DNA from: Candidatus Bathyarchaeota archaeon
GTDB taxonomy: Archaea; Thermoproteota; Bathyarchaeia; Bathyarchaeales; Bathycorpusculaceae
Assembly (NCBI GenBank): GCA_963832745.1
Contig: CAWHVC010000001.1
Span: 448,001-512,000 of the forward strand
Length of the DNA: 64,000 nucleotides
Direction of reading: 5' to 3'
The position numbers were made by a program, and so were the translations under genes. Positions within the stretch are counted from its first letter, which is position 1; every line of letters starts with the position of its first letter. Below the pieces are notes generated by a model. It worked only from the letters and a program-made list of their open reading frames with translations, searched no databases and was not told the origin of the DNA. Below are positions 9,938 through 19,181 of the stretch, in pieces.

Positions 9938-10357
9938 TTGCCTAAACAAGTAGCAAACGCAAAACTTTTAGAAAATGTAAAAATAGAAATCGACAACGGC
10001 CGAGGACACAAAGTAATCGCTGATTTGCCTGAAGCAAAAGGCGGCACAAACATGGGTCCAACAGCTTTAGAGTTGGCATTAATGGCGTTGGCTGGGTGCG
10101 GAGCCACTATTTACGCCGAAATTTGTAAGAACAGCAAAATTGACCCAGGGACCATAGAAATTAATGTTGAAGCCGAAAAAAGCCCTGAATCACCAATCAT
10201 AACGGGCGTAACCATGAAAGTAAACATTAACTCGCCAGCACGCAAACAACTGGTTGAGGCAGCTTGGCGACGCACAGAAGCAGCATGCCCTGTAGTGTTT
10301 ATTTTCAAAGAAAACATGCCTGTTAAGGTTGAAACTCAGATAACCGCAGGCCAATAA
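9938..10357 (+). CDS. OsmC/Ohr family protein
   Basis: DLPEAKGG..GPTALEL..ALAGC...ACPV; TTG start after GGTGA. Confidence 0.9.
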   Translation: MPKQVANAKLLENVKIEIDNGRGHKVIADLPEAKGGTNMGPTALELALMALAGCGATIYAEICKNSKIDPGTIEINVEAEKSPESPIITGVTMKVNINSPARKQLVEAAWRRTEAACPVVFIFKENMPVKVETQITAGQ

Positions 10358-10399
10358 GTTTCTCCATTATCCACTTTTTTGTTAGGGAGGTGAAAACGT

Positions 10400-10684
10400 T
10401 TGTTGTTTGTAGCCACAAATACCCATCCAGCAGCGCAGTGCCCTTTAAACACTGACCAAGGAAAAATGATGTTAAAACAGAATTTTTCAGAAGCTAACAT
10501 GCAGAAAGCCGGAATAAAGCTTCAAGGCGCCTACGTCAGTTGCCCCAAAGACTCCAGTGCAGAACATAAGGGATTCTTTACTGTTGAAGCAAACAGTGCC
10601 ATAGATGTTACCAAGTTTTTTGGACCTATGACTGTTGAGGTTAGGGAAGTTGTGCCTTTTAGTGAAGTAGCCAAGAAATTGTAA
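10400..10684 (+). CDS. Hypothetical protein (GYD/DUF3303-like)
   Basis: SD GGAGGTGA; H-x4-CP and HKGFFTVEA motifs. Confidence 0.65.
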   Translation: MLFVATNTHPAAQCPLNTDQGKMMLKQNFSEANMQKAGIKLQGAYVSCPKDSSAEHKGFFTVEANSAIDVTKFFGPMTVEVREVVPFSEVAKKL

Positions 10685-10785
10685 GCTAAATCAGTCCGAG
10701 TTTAAAACGGAAATAGTCCGGTTTTGGACATGTTAGAAAATTTTAAATGCAAATCGGCTGAATTAGTGCTTGAGAAGGCTCGAAA

Positions 10786-10971
10786 ATGGAAGAGGACATG
10801 CCATTTGTTACGAGGCAGGCTAACTGTAACCATGCCAAAGAACGCCATTATACACAAAGAAGATTTGACATTCTAAACGGTTACGAATTCAGTTTAACCT
10901 GCTGCATTAACTGCCACAAAACACTAGTCATGGATGTAAAAAAATTCGGAAGCAAAAAAGCTTCAAGCTGA
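10786..10971 (+). CDS. Small putative zinc-binding protein
   Basis: CNH...CCINCHK; TATA-like TTTTAAAT upstream. Confidence 0.55.
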   Translation: MEEDMPFVTRQANCNHAKERHYTQRRFDILNGYEFSLTCCINCHKTLVMDVKKFGSKKASS

Positions 10972-11394
10972 CTCTTTTGAGTCCTCTTTCTCTTTTACCT
11001 GCAAATATGGTTTAGCATCTTTAAGCAGTTCCAGTATGCGTTGGGTCTGCAGAGAAGTTAAGGAGCATTTGTCGGGTTCATTTAGAAAAGGTAGTTTGTC
11101 AGGGGCATTCTCGAGTTGATGTAACTCTTCCCAATTAACTTGAATGTTTTCTGAAACCATGTGCTCGTCAACGTCCATTGCCCAAGCGCCAGAATCCAAC
11201 GCGTCACCGCCCTCGTCTAAGGCAGTGAAGGGTCCAAGCAATGATTTGTCATCCAAGTTATAGAGGAAAACCACTGTGCCAGGCTTGATTTTGCCTTCGG
11301 GTTTGGTTTTTTGGTCTGCGCAAGTGTAAAGTTTTCGGCTTAGGCATTGTTGTTGGGAACTTTTGTTACAGAAAAGCACTATACCTGAATACAT
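10963..11394 (-). CDS. DCD (development/cell death)-domain protein, EVE/PUA-like fold
   Basis: GIVLFCN..S...CLSRKL...IKPGTVVFLYNLDDKSLLGPFTA..GG..LDSGAW follows the DCD pattern. Confidence 0.75.
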   Translation of the reverse strand: MYSGIVLFCNKSSQQQCLSRKLYTCADQKTKPEGKIKPGTVVFLYNLDDKSLLGPFTALDEGGDALDSGAWAMDVDEHMVSENIQVNWEELHQLENAPDKLPFLNEPDKCSLTSLQTQRILELLKDAKPYLQVKEKEDSKESA

Positions 11395-11499
11395 ACTAAT
11401 ACATCACTAACTTAAATGAAAACCAAGCATATAAACAATAAAGAAACAGAAAACCGGCAAAACAAAATTTTCTCTAGTCGGCAACTAGACAAATAATCA

Positions 11500-11700
11500 A
11501 TTAGGACACGTAGCCAAGCCAGTGCGAACGCTTGAGACGTTTCTTTTCAGGAAGATGATTACGAATGTAATCAGCGCCGCAAACGTTTCGAAGCAGTCAG
11601 CTAACCCGAGCCTATTTGGAGCCTAATCGGATCCTATTAGAGGTTCTATGTTGAAACCTATAGGGGGTAGGTCGCTAAGGAACTTCGGCAAGCCAGTAAC
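11500..11700 (+). ncRNA. Candidate structured non-coding RNA of unknown class
   Basis: Nested stems with G-U pairs favouring the + strand; flanked by the 9-nt direct repeat CAAGCCAGT; no ORF. Confidence 0.5.
11616..11671 (+). repeat. Dispersed 56-bp element, copy 1
   Basis: 46/56 identical by manual alignment to the reverse complement of 38112-38166. Confidence 0.8.
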
Positions 11701-11722
11701 ATGATAAAAACTAGCATTTGGG

Positions 11723-12445
11723 TTATTTGCCGCCATCTAACAGGCTTTTAAGGGTCAGACAGTTTTTAGGCGCATAAGCATTCACATCGTTGTTAAAGTA
11801 ACAATACACCTTTTCTGCGTTTACAGCACGAATTTTTTGTGCCCACTCCTGCAGTTCAGCATCAGAGTAATCACCAAGGTACCAACCGTTCCTGCCGTGA
11901 AATCGAACATAAACTACACTCACCGTCTTAACCAAATCCTGAGGCAACCCAAATGACGATACACAGCAAAACACCAAACCCTTCTCCCGCAAAAAATCGT
12001 AAACCTCACCGTTCCACCAGCTTTCATGCCTAAACTCCAATACGTTAACAACCTCAGGATCCATTTGGTCGGCGATTGTTTGTAGCAACTCCATGTTTTT
12101 GTGCATAAACGGCGGCAACTGAAACAGCACACAAGCCAACTTTTCCTTTAGAACCTTTGCGAGTCGGTAGAATTGGGCGGTGGTTTGTTGAGTGTTTTGA
12201 AATTTGCGTGTGTGCGTTATTAGCCGGTTGGCTTTAACGGTAAATTGGAAGCTTTCAGGGGTTTTTGTGTACCAGCCCTGCAGTAACGGTTCAGTTGGAA
12301 AACGGTAAAAAGTACTGTTGATTTCAACCGTGTTAAACTTGCTTGTGTAATATTTCAGCCACTGAGTTTTTGGTGTCCTCTCGGGATAAAACCTGCCGCG
12401 CCAGTGATTGTAGTAAAAACCTGAACAACCCAAAAAATAAGTCAT
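11723..12445 (-). CDS. DUF72 (YecE/UPF0759) family protein
   Basis: GCSGFYY..W...FYP, VEINSTFY, LFQLPP, EFRH.SW, YVRFHG, YFNND. Confidence 0.95.
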   Translation of the reverse strand: MTYFLGCSGFYYNHWRGRFYPERTPKTQWLKYYTSKFNTVEINSTFYRFPTEPLLQGWYTKTPESFQFTVKANRLITHTRKFQNTQQTTAQFYRLAKVLKEKLACVLFQLPPFMHKNMELLQTIADQMDPEVVNVLEFRHESWWNGEVYDFLREKGLVFCCVSSFGLPQDLVKTVSVVYVRFHGRNGWYLGDYSDAELQEWAQKIRAVNAEKVYCYFNNDVNAYAPKNCLTLKSLLDGGK

Positions 12446-12514
12446 CTATTTCAAAGTAATCAAAGGATTGCGGGATAAAAAAGTTAACAAAAACAAAAAA
12501 GAAAAAGGTTGAGT

Positions 12515-15130
12515 TTAGTGCTTACGCACCAAGTTTACTACGCCGATTAGTATGGCAATTATCACTGCTGCCAAGATTGCGACTTCAAAAGTGCTGATTG
12601 GCGCTTGCTCAATCTGTGACGAAGGACTAGGTGTTGATGTTTGAGGACCTTCGACTACGCCGACTGCTGTTGTTGCATATGAACTGCCGTATGACGCGCT
12701 ACCCACGAAGGTTGCCATTACCTTGTATTCACCTGCAAGGTCGGGTTGCCACATGAAACTGTATGTGCCGCTTATGTCGCTGACTGCGTCGCCGATGTGC
12801 ACGTTGTTGCCGTTGGGGTCAACTGCGTCGATTGAAACAGGGACTCCGACTGCGTCAACTGGCATGGGTCTGCCCATATGAAGGTATTCCATCCATGGAC
12901 CCATAAATTCGTCCGAGATGGCTGGCGTATCTGGTGAACCTACAGATTGGTCTAAGACTTGGCCGGTTATCATTAAACTGTCGCCGAGGTTAACTGCGGT
13001 CAATGGTGCATTGATGCTGGTTGAGCTGGGTCCTTTGCCGTAAATGTAGAGGTTTCCGTCGTACTCATTAGTTAACGCTAAGTAGCCATCTGCTAATGCG
13101 CCTTGCCAGTCACGTGAACCTGCAATGCCTTGGGCTAAGGATACGTTCCAGATTTCTGCTCCCGTGTAAGCGTCAAGGCAATAGAGTTTCCAGCCTCTGG
13201 TTAAGGGTTGACTTGGAGTGTGTTCGCAAGTGAAAGTGTAGTATTTGCCGTCGGCTATTTTTGCTGAACTGTGGAAAGCCTGCTCACCGTTGTAGGGTGT
13301 TTCGAAAGGTGCTGCTGGTGCGCTAAATGTCCATTCAATATCTCCGTTTGTCCAGTTGATTGCGTGAACTCCTGCGTAGTCTTCAGTAAAGTAGAAGCCG
13401 TATGCCGACTGTACATCATAAGCTCCGAAGACTCCCCAGGGCCAGTCACTTATTTCACTGTTCCAAACTACCTGACCGGTGTGTAGGTCCCAGCATCTGA
13501 TTGGTCCATCTTGCATGCGGCAAGCAAATTTGCCGTGGTCTGCAACCGCGTCAGAAGTGCTAAAGAATGTTTCAAGACCTGTTGACGCGTCAGTTGATGC
13601 ATTCCATAAAATTTGGCCTGTAAGCAAGTTTGCTGCTTGAAGTGTTTGACCGACTGCGACGCCTTGAGTGCCGTTTGCGCTTATTGAGCCAACGTTCACT
13701 GCAATCATTGATTCAAAATCTTGCGCTGTGCCAATGCTGCTCCAAGGCCAGGTTACGTTGCTTTTGATGCGTTGTGTAAAGTTGTCAACTGTTGTTTGTC
13801 CGCCACCACCGCCTGTTGTCCAAAAGCCCGCGTTGTTCTCAATTGTCCAGTTTATTAAACGGTATTTTCCGCCGCCCTGATTTTGAACACTTAGAACGTA
13901 TGGGTAACCGTACAGTGTGTTGCCAGATAGGTCACCTGATGGCCCGGTTATGTTTGTGACTATTGCACCGGTGAATGGGTCCCACTTGTATATTCTGCCG
14001 GGCGTGTTGCCTGAACCTGAAGTTATGGTGTCAAGGGTTACGGTTACGCCTTCTCTTGCAGTTGCGCCTGCAACTTCTGCGCCTTGTGCTTGATACTCAA
14101 TGAATGTGGGAACCAACGATGAAGTCATTGGGAACATTCCCCACATCAATGTTGTGTATGTGGCTGCTGGTTGTTCCCAGTAGAGTTCGCCTGTACGTAA
14201 ATCATAGCATTTCCAGTATGTTTGTGCGGTTGTTCCTGTACCAGGTTTTGAGTATGCTTCATAGCATCTACCGTTGTAGATTAGGCTTGGGTAACCTGCA
14301 CCTGTTAAGCCGCCTGATACTGTTGTGACTTGTCCTGCTGTTCCTCCGACCAAACCGCCGCTCATGTATGGGGTTTTCCACATTACGTGTGCGCTTTCAG
14401 GTCCCATAACGTAGGGAACGTATTCGTAGTTGCTCATGTACGTGTTTGTGTCTGCGGGCCAAATTGGTCCACCGCCCACAATGCCTGTGGATGGATAATT
14501 GCCCAAATATGGCCACCATTCCCTGTTTTCAGATGAAACGGGCCGTGTCCAGTAATCTGTTGGTGTTCCTGCCGGCGGAAAAGACATCACTTGGTCTTCT
14601 TGCACTGTAAAGTTAATCCACTGTGTGCTTGAGGGTTTGTAGTATGCTGATTCGAAGTAGCCTGATGACGCAAACATGCCTCCTGAAACGTATGCTGCCG
14701 GGAAGTATGTTCCGAGGAATTCAAATTTGGCTTGCCATTCGCCTACTTGGTCTGGCTGGTACTCAAAATATGCTGACGCGTCGCCTGCGTAAGAGTCAAG
14801 AGCTGGCATTACTTGAGTTGTTCCGTCAGGTTTCATGAAGGTTACAACGTAAGCTTGGCTGAAGTTGCGGTTGACGCTTGTTGGGGGGTGAAGCCACATG
14901 TTAACTAGAAGGGTTTGGCCTTTGCCGATTGGGTTAGGTGTTAGGGCTAGGTAAGCGTTTGTGGTTATTGTTACGCCGGGTGTGACGCCGTCAGGAAGAG
15001 CTCCGGTTACTTGGGTGTCGCCGGCTGCTGCGTTTGCTTGTGGGTTTATTGCTAGTGCTGCTGATGCTGTTAGTATTGCAATTACGATTGCTGTTGCGAG
15101 TTTTGTTTTTAAAAATTTGTTTAATTGCAA
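12515..15130 (-). CDS. Secreted membrane-anchored PQQ-like beta-propeller surface protein
   Basis: Signal peptide; YDLRTGELYW / LDAYTGAEIW repeats; Ig-like C-domain, S/T/P linker, TM helix and basic tail. Confidence 0.85.
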   Translation of the reverse strand: MQLNKFLKTKLATAIVIAILTASAALAINPQANAAAGDTQVTGALPDGVTPGVTITTNAYLALTPNPIGKGQTLLVNMWLHPPTSVNRNFSQAYVVTFMKPDGTTQVMPALDSYAGDASAYFEYQPDQVGEWQAKFEFLGTYFPAAYVSGGMFASSGYFESAYYKPSSTQWINFTVQEDQVMSFPPAGTPTDYWTRPVSSENREWWPYLGNYPSTGIVGGGPIWPADTNTYMSNYEYVPYVMGPESAHVMWKTPYMSGGLVGGTAGQVTTVSGGLTGAGYPSLIYNGRCYEAYSKPGTGTTAQTYWKCYDLRTGELYWEQPAATYTTLMWGMFPMTSSLVPTFIEYQAQGAEVAGATAREGVTVTLDTITSGSGNTPGRIYKWDPFTGAIVTNITGPSGDLSGNTLYGYPYVLSVQNQGGGKYRLINWTIENNAGFWTTGGGGGQTTVDNFTQRIKSNVTWPWSSIGTAQDFESMIAVNVGSISANGTQGVAVGQTLQAANLLTGQILWNASTDASTGLETFFSTSDAVADHGKFACRMQDGPIRCWDLHTGQVVWNSEISDWPWGVFGAYDVQSAYGFYFTEDYAGVHAINWTNGDIEWTFSAPAAPFETPYNGEQAFHSSAKIADGKYYTFTCEHTPSQPLTRGWKLYCLDAYTGAEIWNVSLAQGIAGSRDWQGALADGYLALTNEYDGNLYIYGKGPSSTSINAPLTAVNLGDSLMITGQVLDQSVGSPDTPAISDEFMGPWMEYLHMGRPMPVDAVGVPVSIDAVDPNGNNVHIGDAVSDISGTYSFMWQPDLAGEYKVMATFVGSASYGSSYATTAVGVVEGPQTSTPSPSSQIEQAPISTFEVAILAAVIIAILIGVVNLVRKH

Positions 15131-15356
15131 TTTTACAATCTCTCCTTAATTTAGGTAGTCTCTTATGGCTTGCAATTTGCATTTAAATTGTTGTAAGTTA
15201 ATGGTTACTTAACAACTAATTCTTGGCGTGTTTTTTCGATTATAATTCCAAAAATGTATAAAATATTTCTATTAATTCAAAAATTTGAACCTCCAAAAAA
15301 AAATAACAAAAACAAAAAGTTCCACAACCCAAAAAACATAACACCAATAAATCAAA

Positions 15357-17324
15357 CTAATTCTTTTTTGAAGCTGGAATCGCATCCACGACAAGCGCAA
15401 AATACCCCTTTTCAGGGCTATACGCTGCAATCGAAAGCCGCATTTTCAATGGTTTAAAAAAGACTTCAAACCTCTCAGAGGTTCCCGAAAATGATATTCT
15501 GCCAAAAATCTCAAAAAGATTAGGCTCATTATTTTCAATTCCTGGAAAAATATCCGACGCTTTTTTGCCTATAAACAACTCTTTTTTTAAACCAATACTT
15601 TCTACAAGCGCTTGATTAACTTCCAAGAACACGAAATCTACCGGCTTTGAGTTTTCATCAAGAATCATGCGACAATAAGCAAAGCCTTCAAGAATGTTCG
15701 CGAATAATCGCCGGTAGCCTTCTTCACTTTTTTTGAGGGCTTCTTCCATTTCTTTCATTTCTGTAACATCAACGGCAACAACAAAAGCCTTGTCAAGTTC
15801 AGCTCCGTTATAGGTTATTTTCGCGCTTAGGGTAACCCAACGTTTATTGCCATTTTTAGTTACTATTCGGACCAGAACTTTGTCGCTTATTTTTTCTCCT
15901 TTCCAGCTTTTTTTAATAACTTCTTGAAAAACCTCTTTGCTTTCATCGTCTAAAAGGTCAAATGGGCTTTTGGAAAGAATTTCAGCTTTAGAATAACCAG
16001 TTACTTTGCACATGAATTCGTTAGTTGTTAAAAACTTTAAAGTTTTGCAGTCTATTTCATAGACGCCTGCGGGCGCATATTTGGTGAAATATTGCTGTTT
16101 TTCTTCTTTTTCTTCAAGCGCCTTTTGAGCTTTTTTTAGTTCAGTTATTTCGTCAAAAATTGTTGCAAAATATCCTTCTTCAGGCGTGTAGGTGAACACA
16201 GAAAATGTTCTGTTTTCTTTTGGGAAATAGTGTTCTTGATTAACTGCGGTATGGGTCTTTACAACTTCGCCAAAAACTTCAATCATTCTTTGAAGATTTT
16301 GCCCTAAATGAGGCAGGACTTTTGTGGCTTTTTTTCCTTGTAAGCTCTTATCAAAACCAGTTATTTCTTCAAATACGGTGTTTGAAGATAAAATTAAGAA
16401 GTCAACGGGCTTACCTTTTTCGTCAAATATCATTTTGTTATACGAAAAACCTTTGTTTAAGTTTTCAAAAACCCCGTCAAGTCTTGTGTTTGTCTTATTT
16501 TCTCGTTGAGGATATCTTACAGGGTTGAACCATCCTGAATTGAAATAGTTTTGAGCCATCTCCAAGATGCTTGAGTTATTGGCAAAAATGGCTAACGTAT
16601 GAGTGGCCCCAGTTTTTGGTGGTGTGGTCAGCAAAACGCTTTTTCCATCAAATATCCTCAACCAAGCATTCAATGGTCCAGTGATATGCCTAATTTCAAG
16701 GTAGGGGTTATCCTTAATACTGCTAAACTCTTTTGTAACTTGAGAGTTGTTTGGGTATTCAGTGATTACTCGCACATACACTTTCCGTTCTAACGTTTTT
16801 ACAACCAGTTCATAATTGGTGATAAGCCATTGATGCAGCCTCTGCCAAGGAAACATGGCGCACACGTTGTCTTGTGTGTTTTCCATCAGGTTCTTTAGTT
16901 TGAGGTCAATTGCTTCGGTTCCATGGATCAAGATGACTTGGCCGCTTTCCCCGTTTGAGTCTCCATTTCCTTTTTGTTCAAGGCTTTTAACGAGTTCTTG
17001 GGACCTGATTGTGAGGTCTAAGCTTTCTTTTTCTCGTTTTAGATTTAAAACGTTCATTGCATCCATGATTTGCAGAGGCTGGTACATCGTTGGTTTGCCG
17101 ATAATTTTTTCAACCAAACCTAATTCATGCAACTCTAGTAACACACGGTAAGTGTCTGGTCTAGCTACTTTTGAATTGTTTGAAACTTCTCGTACCGACG
17201 CTAAGCCTTTCTCAAGTAATGCAAGGTAAATTTTGGCTTGAGCATTGCTTAGACCATAATCAAATAGTGTTTTAATTTTAAAATCGTCTATACTAACTGC
17301 TCCTCGCTCTGCGCATATTAGCAA
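15357..17324 (-). CDS. TrmB-family regulator fused to PAS domains
   Basis: GLSNAQAKIYLALL TrmB wHTH, effector domain, three PAS-like repeats, no kinase domain. Confidence 0.85.
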   Translation of the reverse strand: MLICAERGAVSIDDFKIKTLFDYGLSNAQAKIYLALLEKGLASVREVSNNSKVARPDTYRVLLELHELGLVEKIIGKPTMYQPLQIMDAMNVLNLKREKESLDLTIRSQELVKSLEQKGNGDSNGESGQVILIHGTEAIDLKLKNLMENTQDNVCAMFPWQRLHQWLITNYELVVKTLERKVYVRVITEYPNNSQVTKEFSSIKDNPYLEIRHITGPLNAWLRIFDGKSVLLTTPPKTGATHTLAIFANNSSILEMAQNYFNSGWFNPVRYPQRENKTNTRLDGVFENLNKGFSYNKMIFDEKGKPVDFLILSSNTVFEEITGFDKSLQGKKATKVLPHLGQNLQRMIEVFGEVVKTHTAVNQEHYFPKENRTFSVFTYTPEEGYFATIFDEITELKKAQKALEEKEEKQQYFTKYAPAGVYEIDCKTLKFLTTNEFMCKVTGYSKAEILSKSPFDLLDDESKEVFQEVIKKSWKGEKISDKVLVRIVTKNGNKRWVTLSAKITYNGAELDKAFVVAVDVTEMKEMEEALKKSEEGYRRLFANILEGFAYCRMILDENSKPVDFVFLEVNQALVESIGLKKELFIGKKASDIFPGIENNEPNLFEIFGRISFSGTSERFEVFFKPLKMRLSIAAYSPEKGYFALVVDAIPASKKN

Positions 17325-17469
17325 TCATGAATTTGTTGTATTGCTTGCTTTTATTGCTTACTTTTTAATGATTTACAACGTAACTAAATAATTTTTTGAG
17401 TTAGAAGAAGTTCTACCAACCACAACTTATAAACAATAATCAAACAATTAATAGGTAAGGCGTTGTATT

Positions 17470-17994
17470 ATGATTTTTGATAACTTAGACAAAAAGATAC
17501 TACAACACCTGAGCAACGGGACAAGTTCTTACGAAGAATTGGCTCATCAATGCAACGTAACAAGAAACACTGTTTATAGACGAATTTCACTTTTAGAAGA
17601 AAAAGGAGTAATAAAAAACACCCTTCACTGCATCATAAACATGGAACAAATGGACATTACAACGGTAAACATTGGCGCAAAAATATTACAAATAAATCAA
17701 GACAAGGCCATCATGCTGCTTTCAAAACATAAAAACGTAAAATTTTTATGGCGAACATACGGGGATTACGACGTGATTATTTTAGCCTTTTGCAGTAAAG
17801 GTCAAGAAGGTCAAGTTATCCATGAGTTAAGAGATATTCTTGAAGATTTGGGTGCTGAATACCTGAGTGTTTCAGTAGGATATGCTTGGGAGAAAGCGAA
17901 TTTTTCGCCATTTGAAGAGAAAAATGAAGGCGGAAACTTGCTTATCCTTGAAGGCTCCAATCGTAAGAAGGAAACGGCAGCAATACTAGGATAG
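17470..17994 (+). CDS. Lrp/AsnC family regulator
   Basis: DNLDKKILQHL HTH; TYGDYD RAM motif. Confidence 0.88.
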   Translation: MIFDNLDKKILQHLSNGTSSYEELAHQCNVTRNTVYRRISLLEEKGVIKNTLHCIINMEQMDITTVNIGAKILQINQDKAIMLLSKHKNVKFLWRTYGDYDVIILAFCSKGQEGQVIHELRDILEDLGAEYLSVSVGYAWEKANFSPFEEKNEGGNLLILEGSNRKKETAAILG

Positions 17995-18396
17995 GTTAGG
18001 TTCTGATTGTATCAGGTTCGGTTTAAGATCTAATAGCACATAGTACCGTAATTCTTTGTCAGCAGCCAACTTTGCTATCACATCAAGGAACAAGTCTGGG
18101 AAAGTTTCCAACCAACTTCGATAGGCTTTTCGGATTGTAACATCTGAAGTTCCTAATACGTCAGCAAGTTCTCGTTGCTTTTTAACTGCATTGAACCTAA
18201 ACCCGAGAAGATAGAATAATCCACCAACCAGGTACCGGTAACTCTTGCCATTAAAGAAAACAAATTTTCTTTTGTATGTTTGGTTCAGGATTTTAACAGC
18301 TTCAGAAGCGATGGTTTCAGAAACAGTTTTTTGGGGCCAAATTTCGTGGGCGGCGTCTGATACTTCGTTTATTTTTATGCGGTTTAGTGTGCTCAT
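17986..18396 (-). CDS. Stand-alone TFB C-terminal cyclin/HTH-like protein
   Basis: GKS...LVGGLFYL...KQRELADVLGTSDVTIRKAYR resembles the second TFB repeat. Confidence 0.6.
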   Translation of the reverse strand: MSTLNRIKINEVSDAAHEIWPQKTVSETIASEAVKILNQTYKRKFVFFNGKSYRYLVGGLFYLLGFRFNAVKKQRELADVLGTSDVTIRKAYRSWLETFPDLFLDVIAKLAADKELRYYVLLDLKPNLIQSEPNLS

Positions 18397-18743
18397 TTTT
18401 TTACCAGCGATAACTTAAAGGTGCCCTATTTTGCTGGTTATCACTTCTGTTCAGGGCAATTTTGCTCTTTTAACAGTGGTTATTTTGAAAAATTATCAAT
18501 GTAGCATTACATTGAACATCAATAAAAATTATAAATTGGGATTATTGCTCAATTTTCAAAATTAGCTTTTTTTGAACAAGCTTAAACAAAAATGGTGAAT
18601 ATGCAAAAAAGCGCAATTTTAATATAAGCACTGAAAAAAAATGCTGCATTTTTGCCTAAACAAAAAACTTATTCCAAAAGAGTCTCGTAATAGCCATTGT
18701 TTAACATGATCAAATTAGCTGCTGTTTAATGACTTAAAGCTGA

Positions 18744-19058
18744 TTATTTTTCTTTTGAAAGTTTTTCTGCTAAGTCAACCCCTTTCGCGCTAAGCGTATA
18801 TTGACGGTAAGCGTTGCGATGTGTATATTTTGTTTGTCCAGTTACTAATTGAGCTTTTTCTAGAACTTTTAGATCGGCTTCCAGTTGGTTGGGGTATTCC
18901 ACTCCTTCAACCGAAGTTATCACGTCCAACGTCTTTTCTGCTGAAACTCTGAATAAAAGCGATTTATAACGGTTTACTCTTTCATCAAATTCAGCACGTT
19001 CCCGAATTTCGTTTTCTGAAGCAATCTCGTTAAGTAAAGCTTTTAATTCTAAAGACAT
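18744..19058 (-). CDS. Hypothetical wHTH-like protein
   Basis: LKVLEKAQLV...YTLSAKG pattern; ATG 19058 preferred. Confidence 0.55.
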   Translation of the reverse strand: MSLELKALLNEIASENEIRERAEFDERVNRYKSLLFRVSAEKTLDVITSVEGVEYPNQLEADLKVLEKAQLVTGQTKYTHRNAYRQYTLSAKGVDLAEKLSKEK

Positions 19059-19181
19059 AAAATCAATCCCAAAACTGTAATAAATTAAATCAAACAAAGA
19101 TTTTAATTTACCGCTAAAGCACACAAGCCACATAGAAAACTGTGCTGCCTATACAAAAAAAGGTAAAGGTTGTATTAACCT

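Noticed and set aside
10694-10730. Hairpin and GTCCGAGTTT word also found inverted near 59230
   Set aside because: A ~10-bp match is expected by chance
11504-11540. tRNA-like start GGACACGTAGCCAAGCC
   Set aside because: No D-loop GG, T-arm or complementary acceptor strand
11590-11612. c-di-AMP (ydaO) riboswitch, suggested by GTCAGCTAACCCG
   Set aside because: The 5' conserved segments (GCYGAAUC, GGRGGAACC, GGGGUGAAUC) are absent and there is no downstream + strand gene
11676-11692. 23S rRNA-like word AAGGAACTTCGGCAA
   Set aside because: Short match with no flanking rRNA homology
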